Source of the DNA: an uncultured Gammaproteobacteria bacterium
GTDB taxonomy: Bacteria > Pseudomonadota > Gammaproteobacteria > UBA9214
Assembly (NCBI GenBank): GCA_963773065.1
Contig: CAVYZN010000021.1
Coordinates: 1 to 64,000, forward strand
Direction: 5' to 3'
DNA length: 64,000 bases
In this document: in pieces, positions 53,147 through 62,919 of the stretch
Layout of the letters: the number at the start of each line of letters is the position of its first letter
Numbering within the stretch: position 1 is the stretch's first letter
Notes under the pieces: generated by a model
The model's database searches: none
Seen by the model: only the letters and a program-made list of their open reading frames with translations
What the model was told of the DNA's origin: nothing
Translations under genes and position numbers: made by a program

Positions 53147-53162
53147 TGGCACGGCTTCTGCT
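53147..53162 (+). promoter_or_regulatory. sigma54 (-24/-12) promoter
   Basis: TGGCACGGCTTCTGCT = GG-N10-GC; AT-rich tract upstream. Confidence 0.75.
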
Positions 53163-53240
53163 CTTTACCAGTCATGAGTGCCGAGGCGCTCATGACCCAA
53201 ACCCACAACCTTTGACAACGTTAGACTTAGGAGAACTACC

Positions 53241-53486
53241 ATGATGACGATTAAAGATCTTTCCGTAAGCAAGGAACTCGACCGTAAGGCCATGACCGAA
53301 GTGCGTGGCGGTGGCGATGTCTTCTCGACCAATGCCCAGGGTTCATCCCAGAGCGCAGTCGGTGGCCTGGTGGCAGTCAACGAGAGCACCCAGAACCTGT
53401 TCTCTGCCAACAGCGCCGTCGACTATACGGATATCCAGAAGACGCTGGTTGCGATCGGCCAGAACAACGGCCTCGGGATATTCTAA
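53241..53486 (+). CDS. Double-glycine-leader peptide 1 (81 aa)
   Basis: AGGAGA RBS; IKDLSVSKELDRKAMTEVRGG leader; N/Q/S-rich core. Confidence 0.8.
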   Translation: MMTIKDLSVSKELDRKAMTEVRGGGDVFSTNAQGSSQSAVGGLVAVNESTQNLFSANSAVDYTDIQKTLVAIGQNNGLGIF

Positions 53487-53543
53487 CCGAAGAGAGGCAG
53501 CGATCCGCAGCGATTCGCGGATCCTTACCTCGCAGCACGCCAG

Positions 53544-53573
53544 AGCGGAGGTCTTCGGACCTCCGCTTTTTTT
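53544..53573 (+). terminator. Rho-independent terminator with cUUCGg loop
   Basis: AGCGGAGGTC-TTCG-GACCTCCGCT-TTTTTT. Confidence 0.9.
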
Positions 53574-53868
53574 GTTGTCGGTCGCGAACGTCGGGGTCTC
53601 AGGACCGGGATCAGCAGTAGTCTCGCCGGCGCTGAGTACGACGACTGGCCGGTGGTCTCCTCGGCGCAGGCGCTCGGGTCATCCCCGTCCAAGAGCTTGT
53701 CCTCCCGGCTGTCGCATGAGGACGAACTCCTCCTCCCGCGCTGTTGGCTACGGAACGACTCGAAGACCGGGGACGGCCGCCCATGGCATGGATGCGCGAC
53801 GGGCAGAACAATAAAATAGTATTTTTATTCAGCACCCTGTGTCGCACGACTCTGCACCGCGTGCGACT

Positions 53869-53884
53869 TGGCACGGCGCCTGCA
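53869..53884 (+). promoter_or_regulatory. sigma54 (-24/-12) promoter
   Basis: TGGCACGGCGCCTGCA = GG-N10-GC; AT-rich tract upstream. Confidence 0.75.
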
Positions 53885-53983
53885 CTCATCCCAGCGAGTC
53901 CTGACACGCTCAGCGACCGGGTGCAACCAACCCAACCGTTACCGACACCTGTTCCATTTATCATTGACTAAAGGAGATTCGAT

Positions 53984-54220
53984 ATGACCAATCTGTTGAT
54001 TAATGACCTCATAGTGAGCCAAGAGCTGGATCACGGCGCCATGCTGGCCGTGCGCGGCGGCACTGATCTGACCTCGTTCAACGCCCAGGCGCTGGCCGCC
54101 GAGGCCAAGGGGGGGATTGCGGCCATCACCGCCGCGACCCAAACCCTGGTGAGCCTGAATACCTCGCTCAACCTGGAAATTTCCCCGCAGACCAATGTCG
54201 TTCTGGGGGGCGTTGCCTAA
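53984..54220 (+). CDS. Double-glycine-leader peptide 2 (78 aa)
   Basis: AAGGGAG RBS; INDLIVSQELDHGAMLAVRGG leader; core aligns without gaps to peptide 1. Confidence 0.8.
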   Translation: MTNLLINDLIVSQELDHGAMLAVRGGTDLTSFNAQALAAEAKGGIAAITAATQTLVSLNTSLNLEISPQTNVVLGGVA

Positions 54221-54272
54221 GGGATACGTCCACGCGCCGGGTGGACCGGAGCGTCACCGTGCGCTAACCACC

Positions 54273-54302
54273 AGCGGAGGTCTTCGAACCTCCGCTTTTT
54301 TT
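54273..54302 (+). terminator. Rho-independent terminator, one mismatch from 53544-53573
   Basis: AGCGGAGGTCTTCGAACCTCCGCTTTTTTT. Confidence 0.88.
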
Positions 54303-54556
54303 GGGCATCCGCAGGGCATGGGGTGGGGGGCCGGTCGGCCGAGCCGGCGGCCAACCGGGGATGAGTTGCTAGTGTTTTCCCGATAGTTGTGCGCTAGCCG
54401 TAGCTACCCCTTGAGTGCTCCTATGCTTTCCGATGATCCAGTCGTAAAGGATATCTTACGGTTATGACCTGCCGGTCGCCGCGCTGATAATCAGATATCA
54501 AAAATCGGCTCGCGTTTATTGCTGCCCCTAAGCTCCGGCGTTATAAACGACAACTC

Positions 54557-55309
54557 TTGGCCGAAACTTGCCGTTCGGACACTGTAGCTGAAAGTAAAAC
54601 GATAAAAAGCTGGTTCGACTCGTTTGAACAAGGAAAGCCAGTTTCCCTAAAAAGTATTGTGCAAACTCCTGCACGCATAAATAGCCGGTTGGGTCGTGCT
54701 AAAGGAAAAATTGATGCGATCTACTCGCACCTTGGGCTCATCAATGTGGACCTAGAGTTGGCGACAAATTTAGGGGGCGCTACGCTTGCTCAGGCGAAGA
54801 AAAATTTCACTACAGTGCATCGCCGCTTGGTAAATGGACTCTCAGAGTTTGCGGAGAACGAATATGACCTCGTCCTGATTGACTGTCCGCCGAATTTCAA
54901 TATCGTGACGAAGACAGCGATCACTGCCAGCGATTTCTTGCTGGTCCCTGCTAGGCCCGACTACCTCTCGACGTTGGGCATTGAATACCTGATTAGGAAC
55001 GTGAAGGCATTGGTAAAGGACTACAACGATTTTACGGAACTCGGTCAAGGAGAGAAGGTTGATCCCATAAGACCGAAGCTGCTTGGCGTTGTATTCACAA
55101 TGATTCAGGAATACGGCGGTGGCCCAATGGCGGCACAGAGAGCTTTTATGGGCCAGCATCAAACTGCGGGCCTTTCCATATTTGACGCCTACATCAAACG
55201 AAACGACACGTTGTTTGCCGACGCGCCCCAATACGGGGTGCCAGTAGTGCTCAACAGATATGCCTCAGACACTCATCAAAGTGTTGACCCGATCAATTGC
55301 GACAGATGA
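54557..55309 (+). pseudogene. ParA-family ATPase fragment (no Walker A; C-terminus fused to recombinase remnant)
   Basis: YDLVLIDCPPN, ASDFLLVPARPDYLSTLG; lower GC than host genes. Confidence 0.75.
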
Positions 55310-56766
55310 GGGAATGGTGCCAGACAAATGGCCATGTCGTGGCCGTGGACTACGTGGAAGCCGGCGCGTCCGCCACCGATGACCGGCGACCCGTATTTCA
55401 GCAGATGATCGCCGAGGCGACGGGCAAGCCCTCGCCCTTCGAAGCTGTCATCGTGCACAGTCTTTCCCGCTTTTTCCGCGACTCCCTGGAATTTGGCCTC
55501 TACGAGCGCAAGCTCAACAAGTCCGGGGGCAAGCTCATCTCCATCACCCAGCAGACCAGCGATGATTCGGCCGGGGAGATGGCGCGCAAAATCTTCAGCG
55601 TGTTCGATGAATACCAGAGTAAGGAAAACGGTAAGCACACCCTGCGGGCCATGAAGGAAAACGCACGGCGGGGCTTCTTCAACGGCTCACGTCCTCCCTT
55701 TGGTTATCGCGTTCAGGAAACCGAGGCCCTGGGCAATCGTGGCAAGCGCAAGAAACACCTGGCGATTGACGCGGGCGAGGCGGCGACCGTGCAGCGGGTC
55801 TTCGATCTCTATCTCAACAGTTACCTGGGCGCGAAAGCCATCACGAGCAAACTAAATGACCAAGGCACTACCTACCGGGGCACCAAATGGACCCGCACCA
55901 AGGTGCATGAGGTGCTTTCCAACCGTGCCTACATTGGCGAGTTACCCTTCAATCGCAGGGACCACAAGACCGGCAAGGTGAAGCCGGAGTCCGAGTGGAT
56001 CACAATCGCGGTGCCGCCTATCGTGGATGCGGCTGTGTTTGACGCGGTATCGGCGCGCAAACACAGCTGCGCCCCAGCGGTTATCCCGCCTCGTGTCGTG
56101 GGCTCACCGACCCTGTTGACCGGCCTGCTTAAATGCGGTCACTGTGGGTCAGGCATGACGCTCGCCACCGGCAAGGGCTGACGCTATCGCTACTACAAGT
56201 GCAATACCCGAATAGGCAAAGGGAATCATCTGTGCGACTGTCCGACCGTCCCCATGGAGAAGCTCGACCAACTGGTTCTTGACGCCTTAGCCGAGAAAGT
56301 CTTCACGCCGGAACGGCTGCGCGTGCTGCTTCGAGAACTCAAGGCAAGGGTCAAGGCAGCGCAGAACGAAAATGCCGGTCAGCTCGGTGCCCTGAAAAAA
56401 GAGCTTGAAGCACTACAGACAACCACAGAGCGGCTTTATGATGCGGTGGAGAAGGGCATCCTTCCCCTGAATGCCTCACTGCAAGATCGCGCCCACAAAT
56501 TACAGGCAAGGCGACAGGACATTCTGACGGAGATGGCGGGCTACAAACGTCAGCAAGCCATGCCCTTGAGCAACCTGACACCCAAACAGGTGAGCGCCTT
56601 CAGTGCCGCCATGCGTTCCAGGCTGCACGACCGGGGAAGCAACTTCGGGAAAGAGTACCTGCGCCTGTTCGTCAACCGGATCAAGCTGACTGGCCATCAG
56701 GTTGAAATCAATGGCAGCTATGGCCCATTGGCGCAGGGGATAGCCCAAATGAAACGGGCGCCCTAG
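55288..56766 (+). pseudogene. Large serine recombinase, N-terminally truncated, internal TGA at 56179
   Basis: PDQLRQMREW, SATDDRRPVFQ, VHSLSRFFR, PPFGY, LTGLLKCGHCG, RYRYYKC, coiled coil; YxRVS catalytic motif absent. Confidence 0.85.
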
Positions 56767-56792
56767 GGAGAGTGCCCGTTTTTGTACCGGAT

Positions 56793-56868
56793 TGGCTCCC
56801 CGGGACGGGCTCGAACCGCCGACCTAGTGATTAACAGTCACCCGCTCTACCGACTGAGCTACCGGGGA
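56793..56868 (-). tRNA. tRNA-Asn (GTT)
   Basis: TCCCCGGTAGCTCAGTCGGTAGAGCGGGTGACTGTTAATCACTAGGTCGGCGGTTCGAGCCCGTCCCGGGGAGCCA. Confidence 0.97.
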
Positions 56869-56939
56869 ATAACAGACCGGAAATCATACTGGATGAGGAG
56901 GTTTTCGGTCAATGTGAAGCTTGCCGGCGTTATCAACCC

Positions 56940-57545
56940 TCAGGGACATTTAATCGGACTGCCATCACAGCGGGTGAGCATCGTGCGGGGTCTGCCGGTA
57001 TTTGACAGACAGATCACCCGCGGTTTGGCGAGTCCCCGTCTGTCGCAGAAGGTAAACGAGCTGTTTGTCCCGCCGCTGCTGCCATCCGCCTGGTAAACGA
57101 TCCGCTTGCGCTGGTTGCCGGAGCGCATATTGATAAATTCGGCCAGGGGAGGATCCGCCAGGATCAGGGGTTCATCCGCCGCCCGCTCACGGTTCTCGCT
57201 GGCAAACAACAGCCAGCCGTTTTCCCAGTCCGCGTCGTCCGCACAGACCCCGTGATCCGTTTGTGGGCAGAGTACGAGCCGGCGTCCCTGCTTGACCGCT
57301 TCACTGCGTGCCAGTTGCAACACACCCAGAAACCGGTTGACCTCACCGGCCATCCGGTTGGACTGGATGAACTGAGGCAGGCAATTCAGTGCCGTGAGAG
57401 TCATGATCGAGGTCACCGCGAGGGTGACGAGAAGTTCGGGAAGTGTCAATCCCATGCTGCGTACAGGGAGGTATGCGGTGTTTTTTATACCTGCACAAGA
57501 CTGCGTCATTCTGACATCCTCCATCCCTGGAAAATATCCCATCAA
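56940..57545 (-). CDS. FimT/GspH-type minor pilin (start uncertain)
   Basis: G|LTLPELLVTLAV prepilin site; LARSEAVKQG, WENGWLLF, Cys pairs. Confidence 0.85.
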   Translation of the reverse strand: MMGYFPGMEDVRMTQSCAGIKNTAYLPVRSMGLTLPELLVTLAVTSIMTLTALNCLPQFIQSNRMAGEVNRFLGVLQLARSEAVKQGRRLVLCPQTDHGVCADDADWENGWLLFASENRERAADEPLILADPPLAEFINMRSGNQRKRIVYQADGSSGGTNSSFTFCDRRGLAKPRVICLSNTGRPRTMLTRCDGSPIKCP

Positions 57546-57673
57546 TTGGTGAATGAATTTTCATACACCATCCATGGTGCCGCGCAGGAACCCGTGGCGC
57601 TCTGCGCGATTATAAGCGGGCGGGCTGGGTACGATGTCAGGCGGGATCGGTAAATCCTGTAGGAAACTGCCGA

Positions 57674-58865
57674 TCAGGTGGACAATGCTTTGGTTAACCG
57701 GTTCAATGCCGCTTTCAAGGTATCCAGGTCTGTGGCGAAGGAAAGTCGCAGATAACCCGGCGCACCAAAGGCGGTACCGGGAACCAGGGCAACGCCCGCC
57801 TTGTCCAGCAGGTATTCCGCGAGTTCAACGTCATCAGCTATCCCGTCAAGTTTGTCAATGATCGCCTGGAAATATGGGAAACAGTAGAAGGTGCCATCCG
57901 CGGGCAGGCAGACAACGCCGGGTATCCTGTTTAGTGCCTCCACCACGAAATCATGGCGCTGCTTGAAAGCCTTCACCATGGGTTGAACGCAGGACTGGTC
58001 GCCATCCAGCGCGGCCTGTGCGGCCACCTGCGAAATCGAGGTCGGGTTCGAAGTGCTTTGTGACTGAACCTTCTTCATGGCCTTGATCAGTTCGGCCGGG
58101 CCACCGGCATAGCCGATGCGCCAGCCGGTCATGGCATAGACCTTCGATACCCCGTTCAACACGATCGTGCGCCCGTAGAGTTCCGGGCAGGGGTTGAGGA
58201 TATTGCAGAACGGCTCCTTGCTCCACAGGATGTGTTCATACATGTCATCGGTGGCGATCAGCAGCTGCGGGTGGTGTTTCAGTACGGCACCCAGCGCCTT
58301 GAGTTCCGTCCGTGTGTAGGCAACGCCGGTCGGGTTGGACGGGCTGTTGATGACAAACAGGCGGGTCTTTGGGGTAATGGCCGCATCCAGTTGCTCCGGT
58401 AGGATCTTGAAACCGGCTTCAACACCCGCGCGGATGATAACCGGTTCCCCGTCAGCCAGGCGGACCATGTCCGGGTAGGATACCCAGTAGGGCGCCGGGA
58501 TGATGACCTCATCGCCGGGAGTTGAGCAGCGCCTGAACCAGGTTGAAGAAACTCTGTTTACAGCCACAGGAGACGAGGATTTGCTCTGGCCGGTATTCCA
58601 AGCCGTTATCGCGCCTGAATTTCGCTATAATCGCCCGCTTGAGATCAGCGGTTCCATCAACGGCCGTATAACGTGTGAATCCGGCATGGATAGCCTCGAT
58701 GGCCGCGGCCCTGATGTGTTCGGGTGTATCGAAATCCGGTTCACCGGCCCCGAGCCCGATGATGTCCTTGCCAGCCGCCCGCAGCTCGGCAACGCGTGCC
58801 GTCACGGCAAGGGTAGGGGAGGGTTTGATGCGTTGTACCCGGTTTGCAAGCCTGATCTTGTCCAA
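57674..58865 (-). CDS. aspC: Aspartate aminotransferase, class I (frameshifts near 58510-58570)
   Basis: RIKPSPTLAV, GAGEPDFDTP, NSPSNPTG, DDMYEH, SKVYAMTGWRIG. Confidence 0.88.
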
Positions 58866-58937
58866 AATTGCTATCCTGTCTTCTGAGGGTGCGCGAGCGC
58901 CAATCATACTTAAACTCAACTGATCCGATAATAGTCC

Positions 58938-60950
58938 ATGGCCGGGGAATTCCAACTGACATCCGCGATGCAGCCCTCCGGCGACCAGCCCCAGGCCATT
59001 GCGGCGCTGGTCGAGGGTTTGAATGACGGCCTGGCGCACCAGACTCTGCTCGGTGTGACCGGTTCGGGCAAGACCTTTACCATCGCCAACGTCATTCAGG
59101 CGGTACAGAGACCGGCCATCATACTCGCGCCCAACAAGACGCTGGCCGCCCAGTTGTACGGGGAAATGCGCGTGCTGTTTCCGCACAATGCCGTTGAATA
59201 CTTCGTCTCCTACTACGACTACTACCAGCCCGAGGCCTACGTGCCGGCCTCGGATACCTACATCGAGAAGGACGCCTCGATCAACGAACATATCGAGCAG
59301 ATGCGCCTCTCGGCGACCAAGGCGCTGCTGGAGCGGTCCGATACGATCATCGTCGCCACCGTGTCTTCCATCTATGGACTCGGTGACCCGCGCTCCTATC
59401 TGAGCATGGTGCTGCACCTGGTGCGCGGGGAGATGGCGGACCAGCGTGCCATACTGCGGCGTCTGGCTGAGTTGCAGTACACGCGCAACGACGTCGAACT
59501 GCACCGCGCCACCTACCGGGTGCGGGGAGAGATTATCGATATCTTTCCGGCGGAGTCCGACGGCGAGGCCATACGCGTGGAACTCTTCGACGACCAGATC
59601 GATTCCCTCGCCTGGTTCGATCCACTGACCGGCGCGCTGCTGCGGCAGGCGCCACGGCTGACGATCTATCCCAAAACCCACTACGCCACTCCGCGCCAGG
59701 TGGTCCTTAACGCCATCGACCAGATCAAGGTGGATCTGAAACAGCGCCTTGAAGAACTGCGCCAATCCAACAAGCTGGTGGAAGCGCAGCGGCTGGAGCA
59801 GCGCACCCTGTTCGATCTCGAAATGATGTCGGAACTGGGCTACTGCACGGGGATCGAGAACTACTCACGCTATCTGTCGGGTCGCCAGGCTGGCGAGCCG
59901 CCCCCAACGCTGTTTGATTACCTCCCTGCCAATGCGCTGCTGGTCATCGATGAGTCCCACGTCACCATCCCCCAACTGGGCGGGATGTACCGGGGTGACC
60001 GCTCGCGCAAGGAAAACCTGGTGGAATATGGGTTTCGTCTGCCCTCGGCGCTCGATAACCGGCCGCTGCGCTTTGATGAATTCGAACGCCTGGCGCCGCA
60101 GACCCTGTTCACCTCGGCCACGCCCGGGCACTACGAGGAAGAACACGCGGATGCCGTGGTGGAACTGCTGGTGCGCCCGACCGGCCTGGTGGACCCGGAA
60201 CTCGAGGTGCGTCCGGCCGCGGCCCAGGTCGATGACCTGCTGTCGGAGATACGACTGCGGGTAGCGGAGGGTGACCGCGTACTGGTAACGACACTGACGA
60301 AACGCATGTCCGAGGATCTCACCGAATACCTGGCCGAACACGGCGTACGGGTGCGTTATCTGCACTCCGACATCGATACGGTGGAACGGATGGAGATCAT
60401 TCGCGACCTGCGCTTGGGGAAATTTGATGTGCTGGTCGGCATCAACCTGTTGCGCGAAGGGTTGGATATCCCGGAGGTCTCGCTGGTCGCTATCCTGGAT
60501 GCCGACAAGGAGGGATTCCTGCGTTCCGAGCGGTCACTGATACAGACCATCGGGCGCGCGGCCCGCAACCTGCATGGCAAGGCCATCCTCTATGCAGACC
60601 AGATCACCGGATCGATGCACCGCGCCATCGACGAAACCGAACGCCGGCGCGAGAAGCAGCAAGCCTATAACCGTGCTCACGGGATCACGCCACGGGGCAT
60701 CGAAAAGGCGGTTACCGACGTGATGGAAGGTGCCATCGGCAAGGAACACGCCAGCGCGCGGGAATATGCCCAGGTGGCCGAGGAGGTCGCCCGTTACGGC
60801 CGACTCAACCCGGAGCAACTGGCCAGGGAGGTTGGCAGGCTGGAACGGCAGATGTACGAGCACGCCCGCAACCTTGAATTCGAAGAGGCAGCGCGGCTGC
60901 GTGATGAAATCCGTCGCATGGAGGAGCGAAATCTTGGCCTGACCGCCTAA
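58938..60950 (+). CDS. uvrB: Excinuclease ABC subunit B
   Basis: [43 protein letters not shown]. Confidence 0.98.
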   Translation: MAGEFQLTSAMQPSGDQPQAIAALVEGLNDGLAHQTLLGVTGSGKTFTIANVIQAVQRPAIILAPNKTLAAQLYGEMRVLFPHNAVEYFVSYYDYYQPEAYVPASDTYIEKDASINEHIEQMRLSATKALLERSDTIIVATVSSIYGLGDPRSYLSMVLHLVRGEMADQRAILRRLAELQYTRNDVELHRATYRVRGEIIDIFPAESDGEAIRVELFDDQIDSLAWFDPLTGALLRQAPRLTIYPKTHYATPRQVVLNAIDQIKVDLKQRLEELRQSNKLVEAQRLEQRTLFDLEMMSELGYCTGIENYSRYLSGRQAGEPPPTLFDYLPANALLVIDESHVTIPQLGGMYRGDRSRKENLVEYGFRLPSALDNRPLRFDEFERLAPQTLFTSATPGHYEEEHADAVVELLVRPTGLVDPELEVRPAAAQVDDLLSEIRLRVAEGDRVLVTTLTKRMSEDLTEYLAEHGVRVRYLHSDIDTVERMEIIRDLRLGKFDVLVGINLLREGLDIPEVSLVAILDADKEGFLRSERSLIQTIGRAARNLHGKAILYADQITGSMHRAIDETERRREKQQAYNRAHGITPRGIEKAVTDVMEGAIGKEHASAREYAQVAEEVARYGRLNPEQLAREVGRLERQMYEHARNLEFEEAARLRDEIRRMEERNLGLTA

Positions 60951-61141
60951 TGCCTACACGGACGTAGGGATGCCGCGTGAGGCACGGATGCCGGGAGCGG
61001 CGCATCGACTCGGATGAAAAATACATCGCGACGCCGAGGAGGCAGAGAGCGATGCGCTGGTGAAATGCAGCGACTCCGGGCCGGTGGCGCCTCCTCGACC
61101 TTGCAAGATCTGGCCTCTCGCGGTATTGTTCACGGCCTTGC

Positions 61142-61218
61142 AGGCGCGTAGCTCAGATGGTTAGAGCACCACCTTGACATGGTGGGGGTCGTTGGTTCGA
61201 GTCCAATCGCGCCTACCA
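61142..61218 (+). tRNA. tRNA-Val (GAC)
   Basis: AGGCGCGTAGCTCAGATGGTTAGAGCACCACCTTGACATGGTGGGGGTCGTTGGTTCGAGTCCAATCGCGCCTACCA. Confidence 0.97.
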
Positions 61219-61227
61219 TTAATAAAC

Positions 61228-61260
61228 AAGCACTTATGGTAATTCCTAAGTGCTTTTTTT
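61228..61260 (+). terminator. Hairpin/terminator after tRNA-Val
   Basis: AAGCACTTA...TAAGTGCTTTTTTT. Confidence 0.6.
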
Positions 61261-61412
61261 ACGTCTGTAGTAGGTTCAGGTGAAGGCTCAGGTGAAAAGT
61301 TCATTGTTATGTATCAGGATATGTGCAGTTTGTTGTTTTATATGAGATATTCGTAATTGCATCAAGATTTCCTGCGCTATACTGCTAGTATGGTATACCT
61401 AATTAGGTATAA

Positions 61413-61823
61413 ATGAGATATTCTCTCTGTATACACGACGATGCTAAAGAGGACTTGGAGAATCTTTGGCTCAAAGACGCAACTACTGCGGCTTTAATTT
61501 CTGTATTCCTGGAGCAATTGGAAGAAGACCAGACATTGCTAGATGCGTTAACCATCCAGGATTATGGTCGTCGAACTGGAGAAAACTTCAATGTAAGCAA
61601 ATGGTATGAATACTGGCGAAAGGGCTATGGATTATGGAGATTAAAAATCCTGGAGCTTGAAGCTAGGGGAGTTTATTACAGGATCATATATGCCTTTGAG
61701 CCACTCATATCGCGTTATCACGTATTAGGAATTATTGATCGAGATTTTAACTATGACTCAAATGATCATAGGACAAAACGAATCCTTGCTGCGTACGATA
61801 GCCTCTGTATCCAGAAATATTGA
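61413..61823 (+). CDS. Putative RelE/ParE/HigB-fold toxin
   Basis: Y.L.IHDDAKEDL, LWRLKI...YRIIYAF...HVLGIIDR; upstream of an XRE gene; AT-rich. Confidence 0.65.
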   Translation: MRYSLCIHDDAKEDLENLWLKDATTAALISVFLEQLEEDQTLLDALTIQDYGRRTGENFNVSKWYEYWRKGYGLWRLKILELEARGVYYRIIYAFEPLISRYHVLGIIDRDFNYDSNDHRTKRILAAYDSLCIQKY

Positions 61824-61900
61824 GGTTAAGCAGCATACTACAGTTGAGCCGGCCTCTCTAAAGAAACGTCATATTTAAGGATTTCAGTGTTACTGAAGGA

Positions 61901-62227
61901 GTGCCGTTGTCTCCAAGTTACACTAGCATTGGTAAGTATATTGAAACGCAAGAAAAGGATAATGCGCGACGGATAGCACTAGAAAATGCCCGGAGAGAAA
62001 TAGCGGAAAGATTTTATTCAAAGACTCCTGCCTCCATCGCAACTCTGCGTTTAAAGAAAGGCTGGTCCCAGAAAAGGCTTGCAGATGAGATTGGCACAAG
62101 TCAACCACACATTGCCAGAATCGAAGCTGGTCGTGAAGATATTAGACTTAGCACGATTAAAAAGCTTGCGGTCGCTTTCGATATTCCAGCAAGCGAGTTC
62201 ATTACCATTTTTGAAAACCAATCATAA
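61901..62227 (+). CDS. XRE-family HTH antitoxin (HigA-like); true start may be 61753 with one indel
   Basis: LRLKKGWSQKRLADEIGTSQPHIARIEAG. Confidence 0.82.
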   Translation: MPLSPSYTSIGKYIETQEKDNARRIALENARREIAERFYSKTPASIATLRLKKGWSQKRLADEIGTSQPHIARIEAGREDIRLSTIKKLAVAFDIPASEFITIFENQS

Positions 62228-62233
62228 ATTACT

Positions 62234-62704
62234 ATGTCAATAACACGTACAGTTCATTGCATATATTGCGATGACGTTAGAGAAGAAATAACTAACAAAT
62301 TGTCACTAATCGGTGTTTACCAAAGTGTAATGTTTGTTCGAGAATTCCCAATTCTTTTAAGTAAACTATGTATAGTCGTGAATATACATACTCCGGTTAG
62401 TCAGCCATTTGAGGATCTCAAAGTTAGAGTGTTATTAAACGATGATGTAATCGCAGAGATTGACTTAGATCAGGCATTACTTCAATCACAAGTAAATTTG
62501 CAAAATGAGAATCAAGATGATGACAATACGTTCATTAGTTTCAACACTGTATTTAGGTTAATGCCTCTTGTTATTCCTGAGCCATCATTTATAAGGGTTC
62601 GGGCGATTACAGAAAACAAAGAGATAAAAGGTACTGCGTTAAAGGTCATGCAATTACCCAAGCCACCTGAGCAGGTAAATAGCAATAAACATACAGACGT
62701 GTAG
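62234..62704 (+). CDS. DUF6941-like beta-rich protein
   Basis: CIYCDDVREE..NKLSLIGVY N-terminal motif; 6 nt after the HTH gene. Confidence 0.6.
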   Translation: MSITRTVHCIYCDDVREEITNKLSLIGVYQSVMFVREFPILLSKLCIVVNIHTPVSQPFEDLKVRVLLNDDVIAEIDLDQALLQSQVNLQNENQDDDNTFISFNTVFRLMPLVIPEPSFIRVRAITENKEIKGTALKVMQLPKPPEQVNSNKHTDV

Positions 62705-62919
62705 CGTGAATTGGATCAATCTTCGAGCGCATTACCGAACCAGCGAAAGAACCGCAGCAGGGTCTTGATGGTGCGCCGCTCACCGATCCACAGCAAGAGT
62801 CCTTCCTCCGTCTGGTAATTCCATCTTTCAGGCAAAGTGAAACGTGAAGATGTCGCGCCGGCAGTGCGTGTAATACCGCAAGCGGTTTCAACAAGACATC
62901 GGTTTGGTTGTGATAGGAA

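Larger units (their letters stand above)
48721..56816. mobile_element. Decayed genomic island at tRNA-Asn
   Basis: 17/18 direct repeat CCCGGGACGGGCTC(A/G)AAC at 48721-48738 and 56799-56816 (tRNA 3' part); recombinase next to the tRNA. Confidence 0.7.

Noticed and set aside
53241-54220. Lanthipeptide or other modified RiPP precursors
   Set aside because: The cores have no Cys, and no LanM/YcaO/radical SAM gene is in the window.
56179-56181. Selenocysteine or readthrough at the in-frame TGA of the recombinase
   Set aside because: The position corresponds to Gly in KGGRYRYY-type motifs, and the gene already lacks its catalytic N-terminus; a nonsense change or error is more likely.
3520-58865. 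Mass pseudogenisation or programmed frameshifting (trpS, bolA, PHP, rluB, ompA, mtnA, mtaD, aspC and others)
   Set aside because: Single-base indels hit essential genes whose sequences are otherwise conserved, with no shared slippery motif. Uncorrected long-read errors are the simplest explanation.
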